Positions 1 through 10,600 of a stretch of DNA of 64,000 nucleotides are shown here, piece by piece. The position numbers and the translations under genes were made by a program. Source of the DNA: Verrucomicrobiales bacterium. Its GTDB lineage: Bacteria; Verrucomicrobiota; Verrucomicrobiia; Verrucomicrobiales; V1-33. The DNA is taken from the NCBI GenBank assembly GCA_031411295.1, contig JANOAV010000157.1:64001-128000 (forward strand). The letters run 5' to 3'. The number at the start of each line of letters is the position of its first letter. Position 1 is the stretch's first letter. The notes under the pieces are model-generated. The model was not told the origin of the DNA. It searched no databases and worked only from the letters and a program-made list of their open reading frames with translations.

Positions 1-1152
1 GGCAGCCTCCACGGCTTGGTGCAGGCCCATGCGCCAAGTGCGATCCGCCATGGGACGTCCGGTGAATTCATCGACGATCACAATTTTACCGTCGTTGATC
101 GTGAACTGTTGTCCTGGGTGATAATATTCTCTGGCCACTAACGCCTGCCGCAGCAACTCCGCACTGCGATCTCTCATGCGCCAGATTCCAGTTAGCGATT
201 CCGTGCTCTGGGTGATAAGTGCTTCTCCAGCGGCAGTGAATTCAATGTCACGATACCGTGGGTTGGTGCGATAGTGGACGTTTGCTTGAAATGGACCGCA
301 AAGCGTCTGCGCCATTACCACGGCCTCACGCAAGCTGTCGTTAGGGTGGCGGGCGGAAATGATGAGCGGAGTCACCGCTTCGTCAATCAAGAGACTATCC
401 GCTTCATCCACGATGGCGAAATGCAGGCCACGCATCACTCGCTGGTGACTGGAGCCGCTCCGGGAATTCTGCAGCAGCGAACGGAGCATTTGTTGCGCTG
501 GATTCAGCTGGACTCTCAGTTGCAGTTGATCCCGCAGGAAATCGGCCGCCATTTCCTTGCTGGTGCCATAAGTGATATCGGCGGCATAGGCCTCCTGACG
601 CTGCTGGGGCCCCATTTCACCAGTAACGTGGCCTACGGTGAGTCCGCAGAATTCGTAAAGTGGCCGCAGGAAATCAGCGTCCCGGGCCACGAGGTAATCA
701 TTCACGGTGATGACATGGCAGGGCCGGCCGCGCCAAGCGATGAGGGTTGCTGCGATGCCGGCCGTGAGCGTTTTTCCTTCACCGGTGGCCATTTCTGCAA
801 GGTGTCCTCGGGCCAGGGTTAGGGCGCCCAGAAGTTGCACGGGAAAAGGATCCAGTCCCAACGTGCGTTTGGCGGCTTCCGCAATGGCCGCTAGTGGTCG
901 CAGTAGGGCGGAGTCGGTGGCGGCGGGGCGACGACGGATGGAGGCTTTGAGTTGCCTGAGTTCAGCCTGCAAGGCCGCTGGGGAAAGATCCCTGAAATCC
1001 ACTCGCATGGCATCGGCCTGCTGCGCATCATCGTTTAGGGAACGGAAGACAGCCTTGCGGCGGCGGTATCTACCGATCCACTGGTGCACCACCAAATCCA
1101 ATCCTTTGGGGAGGGGCTCGGGCAAACGCGGGCGTTCAGGCAAGCGGCTCAT
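1..1152 (-). CDS. Accessory SecA-like ATPase (SecA_DEAD paralog), N-terminal 384 aa; continues off the left edge
   Basis: Not in the ORF track; translated by hand from ATG at 1152, which overlaps the upstream TGA (ATGA). Motifs: LGLDPFPVQLLG, LAEMATGEGKT (Walker A), HVITVNDYLVARDA, DITYGTSKEMAADFLRD, IVDEADSLLIDEAVTPLIIS, IVIVDEFTGR, GLHQAVEA. The N-terminus (MSRLPERPRLPEPLPKGLD) differs from housekeeping SecA. Confidence 0.93.
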   Translation of the reverse strand, partial: MSRLPERPRLPEPLPKGLDLVVHQWIGRYRRRKAVFRSLNDDAQQADAMRVDFRDLSPAALQAELRQLKASIRRRPAATDSALLRPLAAIAEAAKRTLGLDPFPVQLLGALTLARGHLAEMATGEGKTLTAGIAATLIAWRGRPCHVITVNDYLVARDADFLRPLYEFCGLTVGHVTGEMGPQQRQEAYAADITYGTSKEMAADFLRDQLQLRVQLNPAQQMLRSLLQNSRSGSSHQRVMRGLHFAIVDEADSLLIDEAVTPLIISARHPNDSLREAVVMAQTLCGPFQANVHYRTNPRYRDIEFTAAGEALITQSTESLTGIWRMRDRSAELLRQALVAREYYHPGQQFTINDGKIVIVDEFTGRPMADRTWRMGLHQAVEAA

Positions 1153-3299
1153 AGGCGATAACGCTGCAAGAGAAATTGCCGCAAGCGATTGATCCAACGC
1201 GGCAGCAGCGGTTCTGAGCCGGTCCGGAAACGCAACACGCCCAGTTGTCCGTGCCTCAGCGCTGCGCCTGCGGCGGCGGGGAGTTTCGTGCGGATGAGGT
1301 AAAATGGTTCCGAGGCGTGGCGGCCGGAAGCGTCATCCGAACGGACGGGAATCTCCCCCTGGCCGCGCGTTCCCAACATGAGTGAGGGCAATTGACTGCG
1401 GCCGCCGGGCAGGATTTTCCAGTCACTGCCAGGCACGGTGAACTCGGCCTGACCAGCAATTTTGATCTCGACCTCGGTTAGCGGCGTGGTGAATAATCGA
1501 TCCGCATCGGTCTGCAGCACGGCCGCCACTAATTCATAGTCGTCATCCTGCGTGATGATCCCGAGGGATGTGCCGCGGGCGAGGAATAATCCTTTCAGCG
1601 GGGTCGAGGGCAGGAAACTCCAGCTTCCGGCGGCATGTGCGCGCACCGTGAGGGCGGCGTGATCTCGGTCCAATTCTTCCTGTTGCTGCCGGGCTGCAAG
1701 GAGTCGCTTTTCGAGCGGATCAATGGCCGCAGGGTCTTTGCTGCGAGCCATGAGGATGCGTGCTTCCAACTCATCAATCTGAGCTGCGGAGCGCAGCAGG
1801 GAGGCCTCCATGAGCGCATTGTCCAGTTCCAGGAGCACCGTGTTTTCCTCCGTGGTTTGCCCTGGCAGGGACGACATGGATTTAACGACTCCCGGGGCTC
1901 CGGTTACGATTTCCCGAAAGTGCACTGCCTGCACCACGCCTTGGGCTCGGAAATAAGAGGGAAATGGCAGGTAGCCGAAAAAGAGCAACCCTGCTGCGGC
2001 CAATCCTAACGTGGTGAGCCAGGCGCGGGGTCGCACGCGATCCAGCTCCGGGCTTTGGGCCAAATAGCGGATCAAGCGCACGATGGGCGTGATGATCCAG
2101 GAAATCAGACACACCGCCGCCATGATGAGGCCCAGGATGAGAAATTGATCCGCCACGAGCAAGAGCACGCCCGCAAAAACGAAGACGCGATAGATGCCGC
2201 TGAGAATTCCAAACCAAGTCAGGATCTTGCGTTCCCTGGGCTCCGGGCTGGGACTGACGGATTTACGCAGGCCGAACACATGGTATTTCCAGAGATGCTT
2301 CAACTGCTGCGTGGCGCGCTGGTTGAGATTGGGGATGTCCAGCAGATCGCTCAGAATGTAATAGCCATCGAAGCGCAAGAGCGGATTCAGATTGAACATC
2401 AGCGTGGAAATCGAAGCCACGAACATGATGTTATAACACACCGAATGAAAGGCGCCCGGTCCACTGCGGGCCCAGATTTGCGCGGCCACCGCGGCCAGCC
2501 CGAGTTCTACAATCATGCCGGCGGATGAAATCAACATGCGCTCTTTGCGGCTGCGCAGACTCCAACTAGAGGTCACATCGACATAAGGGACGGGCGTAAA
2601 AATCAGCAGCATCACGCCCAAGGTGTGCACTTGGCCGCCATATTTTTTACAGAAGATACCGTGTCCCAACTCGTGGAGCACCTTGGCCAGGATCAATCCC
2701 ACGTAGAGCAGGAAGAGATTCTCCGGGGCCACGATGCCCTTGCCTTCGGCCAGCAGTTTGGGCCAGTGATCAATGACGACTTTGATTCCGGCCCCGACGA
2801 GGATCAGCCAGAGCAAAGCTCCGCAGCGCCCCATCAGTTTCCCCACCCATGGCAACATGCGGGTTAGCCAGCGGTCAGGATCCACCAACGGGATGCGCGC
2901 GAACATGATGCCTAACAGCCGGGCCTTGAGTTCGCGCTCTTTGCGCACGGTCTGGCGACGAAATAATTCCGCTGCATCGGATGCAATATCGTAGTGCAGG
3001 AGGTTCGCTTGATACACTTGGGATAACAATCGAATGCATTCCTGCTGGCCGGGGGCGGAGTCTGGAAAGCGCTCCAGACATTGTTGCCAGACCTCTGCCA
3101 CGGTGTGATCCGGGCCCAGTCGTATGAGGAAATCATACGCGGCTGGCCGAATGCGGAAGAAGTGGTTCGTGAGTGGATCTTCCACGACATACCAGCGTTC
3201 GCCCCGGAAATTCTGCCTTCGCAAAATCACGTCCGGCCGCAGGCGCAAGCGCTGCTGCGCGAGGCGATGCCAGGATTCGCTGAAGGTTGTATTTTCCAT
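1149..3299 (-). CDS. Site-2 (M50) zinc metalloprotease fused to an N-terminal PqqD/RRE-like domain and a C-terminal HlyD-like membrane-fusion domain
   Basis: HELGH zinc motif (nt 2661-2675) and NLNPLLRFDGYY (NPDG-type motif) among several TM helices. The N-terminal ~100 aa (WYVVEDPLTNHFFRI...TVAEVWQQC...LLSQVYQANLL) resemble a PqqD-like winged helix. The C-terminus has a lipoyl/coiled-coil MFP pattern. Confidence 0.85.
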   Translation of the reverse strand: MENTTFSESWHRLAQQRLRLRPDVILRRQNFRGERWYVVEDPLTNHFFRIRPAAYDFLIRLGPDHTVAEVWQQCLERFPDSAPGQQECIRLLSQVYQANLLHYDIASDAAELFRRQTVRKERELKARLLGIMFARIPLVDPDRWLTRMLPWVGKLMGRCGALLWLILVGAGIKVVIDHWPKLLAEGKGIVAPENLFLLYVGLILAKVLHELGHGIFCKKYGGQVHTLGVMLLIFTPVPYVDVTSSWSLRSRKERMLISSAGMIVELGLAAVAAQIWARSGPGAFHSVCYNIMFVASISTLMFNLNPLLRFDGYYILSDLLDIPNLNQRATQQLKHLWKYHVFGLRKSVSPSPEPRERKILTWFGILSGIYRVFVFAGVLLLVADQFLILGLIMAAVCLISWIITPIVRLIRYLAQSPELDRVRPRAWLTTLGLAAAGLLFFGYLPFPSYFRAQGVVQAVHFREIVTGAPGVVKSMSSLPGQTTEENTVLLELDNALMEASLLRSAAQIDELEARILMARSKDPAAIDPLEKRLLAARQQQEELDRDHAALTVRAHAAGSWSFLPSTPLKGLFLARGTSLGIITQDDDYELVAAVLQTDADRLFTTPLTEVEIKIAGQAEFTVPGSDWKILPGGRSQLPSLMLGTRGQGEIPVRSDDASGRHASEPFYLIRTKLPAAAGAALRHGQLGVLRFRTGSEPLLPRWINRLRQFLLQRYRL

Positions 3300-3311
3300 G
3301 AGTGCGCGCGG

Positions 3312-5114
3312 TTACCACCAAAATTTCAGGCGCAGAAAATCGATCGTGCGATGCGTTAGCACCCAGAGCAGCGATTTGCGGCCCGCCTCGAGTTTGCAAA
3401 TTCCACTCATGCCGGGACGATACCAATCCCGCTCGGCACTTTGGAAATTGGCCTTCCCGGAAAAGGCATGCACGCCATCTTTCTCAATGGCTGCCGGGAC
3501 GACGAAGTCCACTTTAATGGGCACGCGGTCATCGGGTTGGCTCACGAATGCGGCTTCGCCCAGGGAGCCAGCAGTAACGAAATGAGCGTCGCGTTCGTCG
3601 AGTTGGAACTCCACATAGAGCTGACCCAGTTGCGCGATGCGAAACAAGGCATCGCCTTGTTTGACCGGGGAGTTGAGACGCTCTTTAAGTTCACCTTCGA
3701 CGATCACACCGGCAATGGGCGACTTCACTTCCGCTTGCGCGAGTTGGAATCGGATCACCTCCAGTTTGGCCTGAGCCTGGCGCGCCATTGCTTCAGCAAT
3801 GCGCATTTCCGCTGGGGCCTTGGACGCACGCGCTTTGTCGGCTTCGCTGCGGAACCGATCCAGTTCAGCCTTGGCGGAACTTTCCTCGACCCGCAACGGT
3901 TCCACATCCAACTGCAACATGGGTTGCCCGGTCGTGACGTGGTCCCCGGCTTCCACGTGGACGGCCTTGATGAATCCTTCAAAGGGGGACGTTAGGGTGG
4001 CAGCTTGATCACTGCGGAGCAGAAACGTTCCTTCCACGCGATAGTCCACGGTCCAGAACAACAACACCGCCAGCAGCGTGGTGATGAGCAAGGCGACGAG
4101 TTTCGTCATCGTGTGCCGCGGCCCGAGGATGCCGGCGGCTCGTTCTTGCAAGCTTTGCCACAGTCTGCCACCCCACCAACGATCGTGTTGGCGCAGCAGA
4201 ATCAGCCTGGGAGTAGTCGCATCCAAACTCAGCCGGAGGGCTCCGACTTCTGCTGCGGTAAATTCCCGGGCGATTCGTTCGCAGGTGAGGGCTCCGACTA
4301 ACTTAGTTTCTCCGCGCAACGGAAGCGAGAGTAAATGAGAGCATTGCGTGGCGGTGGCGAGGGCGGCATGATCCTGCGTGACCGCAGGAGCGGACTGCTC
4401 GACGGCGGGAAGGACGATTTCTTCGTCCTGATCCAGACACTCGTCCATGGCGGCTTCGATGCGCTGCACCAGTTCCATTTTCCGATCGAATTCCTCTGTG
4501 CGGCTCATGGCTTGGAGCCGACAGTAGCCGCCTTCATGCCAGCCGAAGCTGACGCGGTCGCACTGGAAATGAGTCGCCAGCGCATTGCAGAGCGCCAGGG
4601 CGGATCCACCGAAACGCGAGGTGGCATTGGCCACTAACAATGCGTCCAGGACTTGCGTGAGCTTGGCCACATCCGCCTCGACCTTGTGCAGTGTGTGTGT
4701 CGCCTCGTAAGCCACGGGTAAGGCGGCCAGGGCGCGGGCTTGCTCCCCAAGTTCGTGGGCGGCCGCGGTGCTGGGAGCAATGAGCATCAGCAGGCACCGC
4801 TCCCCGGCTTGGGAAGTGGGGATTTCGGTTAACGCAATGGGTTCATCTTCCGATTGCTCGGCCAACTCTGGCGCTCGACGCAGCAAGCCCTGGGCGGTTT
4901 CTCTCGCTTGCACCGAGGAACCCCGCAAGGCAGAGGCGACGACGCGCCAAGGCTCGTCATTTCTCCGAAATAACACGGCCGCTCCCGTCGCCACCGTGGC
5001 CTTCAAGGTCAAGGTTACGAAACGCTGCCAGAATTCCCGGGGCGCTAACGCTTGTTGGTTGAGGCGCGTCAATTCCTCCCAAGCCGATCCACGATCCTCT
5101 GACGCGCTGCTCAT
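3312..5114 (-). CDS. GAF-domain-containing HlyD/efflux membrane fusion protein
   Basis: GAF-like region (AAMDECLDQDEEI...LLSLPLRGETKLVGALTCER), one TM helix, then MFP lipoyl motifs (SPFEGFIKAVHVEAGDHV; VKSPIAGVIV) and RPGMSG. Ends FLRLKFWW. Confidence 0.85.
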   Translation of the reverse strand: MSSASEDRGSAWEELTRLNQQALAPREFWQRFVTLTLKATVATGAAVLFRRNDEPWRVVASALRGSSVQARETAQGLLRRAPELAEQSEDEPIALTEIPTSQAGERCLLMLIAPSTAAAHELGEQARALAALPVAYEATHTLHKVEADVAKLTQVLDALLVANATSRFGGSALALCNALATHFQCDRVSFGWHEGGYCRLQAMSRTEEFDRKMELVQRIEAAMDECLDQDEEIVLPAVEQSAPAVTQDHAALATATQCSHLLSLPLRGETKLVGALTCERIAREFTAAEVGALRLSLDATTPRLILLRQHDRWWGGRLWQSLQERAAGILGPRHTMTKLVALLITTLLAVLLFWTVDYRVEGTFLLRSDQAATLTSPFEGFIKAVHVEAGDHVTTGQPMLQLDVEPLRVEESSAKAELDRFRSEADKARASKAPAEMRIAEAMARQAQAKLEVIRFQLAQAEVKSPIAGVIVEGELKERLNSPVKQGDALFRIAQLGQLYVEFQLDERDAHFVTAGSLGEAAFVSQPDDRVPIKVDFVVPAAIEKDGVHAFSGKANFQSAERDWYRPGMSGICKLEAGRKSLLWVLTHRTIDFLRLKFWW

Positions 5115-5857
5115 GATGTCTTGATTTGAAGCTTGCCCGTAATGCCGGGAGCGATGGCTCGTTCCGGATTGGCGAAGGTTGCTTTGATGACCTGGAGGCC
5201 GCTAGCAGCATCGACGGTGGGGGAAACGAACTCTACTTTGCCAGCAAAATTGACCGTTTTTTCTCCCAACTGAAATTGAATCGTGACGCTTGTTCCCTCC
5301 TTCAGGCCATGGTTCACACTGCCGGGCACATGACATGTGAAACGGCAGAGCGCAGGATTGACCAAGCGCACCACCGGAGCATTCGGCTGGACCGATTCAC
5401 CTGGATCGAGGTCGAAATGATCGCTAATGATCCCATCGAAGGGCGCCCGCAGCTGCCGTCGTCGCAATTGGGCTTCGGCCACTTGATGCTCGACTTCGGC
5501 CACTTTAAAGTTCGCTTCCTTCTGATCCAGTTCATCTCGACTAACGGATTTCCCATTGTCGAAAACCTGCTTGGTGCGCTCGTAATCTTTCTGGGCGGCA
5601 TCCCGCACCAAGGCCCGCCGGGCCACTTCCAATTTCTCCAATTCATTATCCAGGGAGGCAAGCAGATCACCTTCCTTCACGGCCTGACCATCCTTGACGG
5701 AGAGGCTCGCGAGCACTCCGGCTAACTGAAATCCCAGCGTGCTGTCCTGCTGCGGTTCGGAGAGGCCGTCAATCCAGTCCTGCGCACTGGCGGAGGCAAG
5801 CAAGCAAAGCGCCACGATGCTGTGGCGCAGGAGTGAGCGATTCAAGGAGCATTTCAT
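5111..5857 (-). CDS. RND/HlyD-type periplasmic adaptor (membrane fusion protein)
   Basis: Signal peptide, VKDGQAVKEGDLLASLD, coiled coil, LRAPFDGII, FVSPTVDAASG, IAPGITG. Overlaps both neighbours by 4 nt. Confidence 0.88.
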   Translation of the reverse strand: MKCSLNRSLLRHSIVALCLLASASAQDWIDGLSEPQQDSTLGFQLAGVLASLSVKDGQAVKEGDLLASLDNELEKLEVARRALVRDAAQKDYERTKQVFDNGKSVSRDELDQKEANFKVAEVEHQVAEAQLRRRQLRAPFDGIISDHFDLDPGESVQPNAPVVRLVNPALCRFTCHVPGSVNHGLKEGTSVTIQFQLGEKTVNFAGKVEFVSPTVDAASGLQVIKATFANPERAIAPGITGKLQIKTS

Positions 5858-7485
5858 TTTGTGGTCGTGGCGGAGAGGGCCTCGCGAAATTCGACCATGA
5901 ATTTCTGGAAATCGTTTTCGGAAAGGAATCGGCCTCTGATGATTTTGGCGGTGCGTTTGGTGAGTTCATCCTTGGTGAGTTCGAGTCCACGCAGGACCAA
6001 CGTTTGCCCGGTGGCCATTTGGTATTCCAACACGGATTGGCGGAAGGAAACCAAGGCGGCAAGGGCACTGATCTTGGCTTGGGAAAGGTCTGTTTCTGCC
6101 TCCAGCACCCGCCGCAGCTCGGTTTTTCCGGCCTTCAGTTCCACTAACCCGGAGTCGAGAATTTGCCGATTGAGATCGACCGCAGCTTCGTAGGACGAGA
6201 GCGCGGACCGGGCAATCTCGACGCGTTTCATCGCAAGATGAACTCCGTTGATCAATTGCCGCCGCGCATCAGCGAAGCCCGTTTCTGCAGCTTGCTGCCG
6301 CACGAGGGCGGCGGCTTCGCGATGCTTGCCCTCGCGATTACCCAAGGGGATGGCGAATTCCACCCCGATGCTCCAGGCGGGGTAAGCGCCATTCGAAACG
6401 TCGTCGAAGGAGTTCCCCAGGTTCGATCCCAGACCGTTGAGTCCGTAGGCTCCTTTGAGGTCCAAGCGGGGTAACCGTTGATTTTTGGCGAAGTTGGCGC
6501 GAATGGTTTCGCTGGCGAGTTCGGCCTGCTTACCCAGGAGTTCGGGGTTGGTGTTAAGAGTAGCTTGCAGGGCGGAGCCTAATGGCAGCAGGTTGCTATT
6601 GGCCAAGGTGGGCGGATCGATGGCGGTGAGAACGGTGGTTTCGGTCAAGTCCAGACCGCAGAATCCTGCGAGCTGCAGAGTGGCCTCGGAGAGTTTTTGT
6701 TTGGCCATGGCGAGCTTGCCAGTTCGATCCTGCACCGCCGCCTTGGCTTGCATGAGTTTCAAGGGGGCTGATTTTTCGGCCTCCACCTCGGTGGTCGCAT
6801 CCGTTTGCATTTGCTGGGTCATCCCGAGCGATTCCGCGAAAAACTTCACCTGCTGCTGAGCGACATATAAATTCCAATACGCCAGTTCTGCGGAGGAGAG
6901 GCTGAGCATCAGTTGCTTCCGGTAATCCTGATACGCCTGCTCGGAATCGGAAGCGGCCACCCGGATGGCGGCCTTGGCTGCATTCGGTCCCGCATCCTTG
7001 AGCAGCGGCTGCGTGAGGGTGAGTCCTAGAAAGGTCACTTTCTCGCCCTGGCCAGTCGCCCCGAGCACGGGATCATTTAGATTCTGCAAGTTGTTCTTCA
7101 AATCGCTTACTGTTAAAACGAATCCGACTTTCCCGCCCAGCGGGGTCAGGGTTTGCAGGCTGCTGGAGTAAAGCTGGTTCTGTTCGTCGAGATTCTGCAC
7201 ACCTTCAAGCTGCCGTCTCTGTTGCACAGTATTAGGGCGATTGCTGTCTTCATGCTGATAGGATAGCAGCCATTGTGGATCAAATGCGCCTTTGGCCCCT
7301 TCCATGATGCGGCGTTTGGCCTCGTAGCTTAATATTTTACCCTGAATGGAAGCATTGTTTTCGATCACCAGTTGCCGCACGCTCGCCAAACTCAACTCCT
7401 TGGTCTCTGCGTGGATCGGACTAAGCGACAGGCTAAATAGGCACGGTGCCCATCCAACTTTACAAAGGAAATGAATTTTACGCAT
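5854..7485 (-). CDS. TolC-family outer membrane efflux protein
   Basis: Probable start ATG 7485 (MRKIHF...) with a signal peptide. OEP motifs GAFDPQW, LTQPLLKDAG, AYWNL, NQRLPRLDL, WSIGVEFAIPLGNR. Confidence 0.9.
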   Translation of the reverse strand: MRKIHFLCKVGWAPCLFSLSLSPIHAETKELSLASVRQLVIENNASIQGKILSYEAKRRIMEGAKGAFDPQWLLSYQHEDSNRPNTVQQRRQLEGVQNLDEQNQLYSSSLQTLTPLGGKVGFVLTVSDLKNNLQNLNDPVLGATGQGEKVTFLGLTLTQPLLKDAGPNAAKAAIRVAASDSEQAYQDYRKQLMLSLSSAELAYWNLYVAQQQVKFFAESLGMTQQMQTDATTEVEAEKSAPLKLMQAKAAVQDRTGKLAMAKQKLSEATLQLAGFCGLDLTETTVLTAIDPPTLANSNLLPLGSALQATLNTNPELLGKQAELASETIRANFAKNQRLPRLDLKGAYGLNGLGSNLGNSFDDVSNGAYPAWSIGVEFAIPLGNREGKHREAAALVRQQAAETGFADARRQLINGVHLAMKRVEIARSALSSYEAAVDLNRQILDSGLVELKAGKTELRRVLEAETDLSQAKISALAALVSFRQSVLEYQMATGQTLVLRGLELTKDELTKRTAKIIRGRFLSENDFQKFMVEFREALSATTTK

Positions 7486-7611
7486 TGGGCATTTTTGAAT
7501 ACCCCGCAAACCAAGGCAAGCTAAAAAAAAATTTAAAATGTTGCCGCCATAGGCTAGTTATGTTAAAAATTGGCGTGTTCTGATTTAAATTTAGAGCATT
7601 CACTTACTCTC

Positions 7612-10600
7612 GTGTCACTGTCCACTACCAGTCGAAATCTCCAATTGGAGGCGCTGGAGCCGCGGCTTCTGCTGTCGGCGGATGGGCTATGTGGTGCGAT
7701 GATGGCAGCATCGGCTAGTGCTCATCAAGATGATATGCTAGCGCAGCAGTCGGTCGTTGAGGTGCAACTTCAGAGCGGTGGCGCAGGGCAAGATGCTAGT
7801 GCCACTGGCACGAATGGTCAGGCGACAGCGGTAAATTCACCTAACAGCTCCTCGAATTCTGTGTTCGATGTGGACGCTGGTGCGACTATCATTTTGGATG
7901 AAGGAGCGGGTCAAAATGACGCGGTTTCTGGAAATGGCACGACTAACGGACAAACGGCGGAAACCACTGCGACGACGACGACAACCGCCCAACAAATTTT
8001 AACCAACACCGCAAGTCAGACCAATCTGTCTGACTCAACTGATGCGCTGGTTGCCGTCCCGACGGACGCTACTAATACGGACGGTCAAACTGCCACAAAT
8101 TCCAATCCAACGACGGATCAGATGGTGGAAACGCTCCGGGCTGCCAATGGACCGCCGACTTCCCCAATTACCACATTACCTGGTGGTGGTCGTTTGATTG
8201 ACCTGAATCCAGATAATGCGCAACTCTTTGGAAATGAATTAGTTACCGGCCCGGGGGATCTCCTGAAGGGCGCGGGCGGGGAGCTTTCGCTCATTAACGG
8301 AGGGGTTTGGAGCCCGGGGCATTCGCCATTGATTACCACGATAACGGGGAATTTCACCCAACTCGCAGGGGCGGAAACGATTTTTGAAATTGGCGGGACA
8401 ACAGTGGGAACCGAGTATGACCAAACGGTGGTCAACGGTGTGGGACAGGGGAACGTAATCTTGGATGGTCGGGCTCGGATTACCAAACTGAACCTCGCCA
8501 ATGGGTGGGTGCCGACAGCGGGACAAAGTTTCACAATTATGACCTGGACGGGGACTCGGACGGGACAATTTAATCAGTGGCTTGGAACGGTGGCGGACAT
8601 TGGGACCGACCTAGCATGGGTGCCCGTTTACAATGATGTGGCGAAGACGCTGACCCTAACGATTCAGGCAACACCCGGCTACAACCCGATCAAAACTCAG
8701 GTGGAAAATCTGATCCATCAAGTGGGTGAAGTGGGCGACAAAATTGACCAAGTCGGAGCGCTCGCAGCTCAGTTGCCATTCATCGGCAGCAGCGTTTCGG
8801 CTATTCTGGATCAGAAAGCTGCGATCCAAAATGTCTTGGAAGCTAAACTAAATTCGCTGACCGGAACTCTGAGCGTGGCCGACGTGACGGCTGGGATTGA
8901 GAGTTGGGAGGGACAGGTGCTGGCCGGGTTTACCATCCGGGTGGACGGGGTGCTGGCGAAATTTGGTGCCCTGATCACCAACCCCGTCAGTTGGGATGTG
9001 GATCTGCGGTTCGTGCGGACGGATACGATTAATTTCACGCTGGGAAGTTCGGCTGCATTCAGCGCAGCGCTGACGGCCAGCGGCACGGTCACTTCGACCC
9101 TGCGGATGGATTTCACGTTCGGTAAAGATGCTACCGACTATTATATTACCGTGCGGAAACAGGAAGCGACGGTCAATCTACCCGCCACGGTCACGGGAAC
9201 GGTGGGGCTGACCCTGCCTGCCGGGGCGACGACCTTGAGCGCCACCGGGCCAGTTTTGTTTAACGGCAAAGTGGTCATCGCTCCCAATGCGGGTATTTTG
9301 ACGGGCGGCAAAATTTATCTGACCACGCTGACGAGCATCGGCAGCGGTGCCACTTCAGCGGTGACAAATTTCACGCTGACGGCCACCGGTTCCATGAATG
9401 TGGATCTGACGCTGACGGCTGCCACGTCCCTGGCGCTGAATGCGGCTGGCACGATGACCATCAGCGGCGGGGCCACGGCCCATCTCACGATTGTGGGGGC
9501 CAATGTCTTTACGACCGCTCCGAATGTGGATTTCAAATTCACCAACGCGACCATGAGCCTGGGGGCAAACTATCCGGGCATCCAAGGGTCGTTCAACATC
9601 AATACTGACGGCACGACCACTTATATCGATGCAACAATCACGCGGCTGCGGCTGACGGTGGGGACGAATCGGTTGATGGACATGACGGGCACGGCTTCGT
9701 TTGTCTTGGCGAATGGTGAAGTGGCGGGCAAAGCAGATTTGACGCTGGCGCTGGGGCCGGTGGCGGGAATCGATCTTACGATGGCCGGAACTTGGCGCTT
9801 GGAAATTAATACCAGTGCGGATGCGGTGTCGGTGCCGTATGGCTTGGGGACGGTCAGCCTGCCCGGCGGACGGTATCTGCGGGTGGAATTGGAGAACGGC
9901 ACGGTGGCCTTCACGGTGAATCCTACCTTTACCCTCAGCGGAAATTTTGTCTTCGAGCAAAATGGCACCGGAGCGTCAGCGGTGACAGCGGTGGGAGCCA
10001 GCGGGGTGAGCTTTAGTTTTGGCGATGACCTGCATCCCAATCTGATCATGATTTCCAACGGTGCCGGGATCTTGGTCTTAAAGAACGGCGGCATGGCGGG
10101 CAGCCTGACGGGCACGTTGACCGAGTCGATTCCCGGTGCGGATCTGGCCGGCACCTTCACGGTCATCATGAACGATACCGGTGCCGCCGTGAGTGAATCT
10201 GTAACGGTGGGCGGAGTCACGCAGTCAGTGGTGGCACCAGCGGGAATCAATGGAACCGAGAGCTACCTGAAGATCGTGGGCACCGGCACGACGCTGACAG
10301 TGGCGGGGGTGACCCTGACGGGAAATTTCACTTACGAAAATTTCAACACGCTAGCAACGCATCTAGGTCCTAAAGTGATTGCAGTGGGGGCGTCGAATGT
10401 GACTGGCAGCCTGACGGTCGGCGTGACGAATCTCGTGACCCTCAGCAACGGCAGCGGGGCGTTTCTCATCACCAATGACGGTGTGGCAGGAACGGCCACC
10501 GTGACGTATGCGCTGAATGTTCCGCAACTTACTGTTTCTACTGCGGGGACGGCTACCCTGACGATCAATCAAACCGGCGTGGCCGTGAATACCACGGTGG

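Noticed and set aside
274..1192. Plus-strand ORFs of 182 and 161 aa
   Set aside because: Antisense shadows of the SecA paralog, which has clear motifs on the minus strand.
1149..3299. RiPP/bacteriocin biosynthetic cluster
   Set aside because: No precursor peptide or modifying enzyme is visible; the context is giant-protein export.
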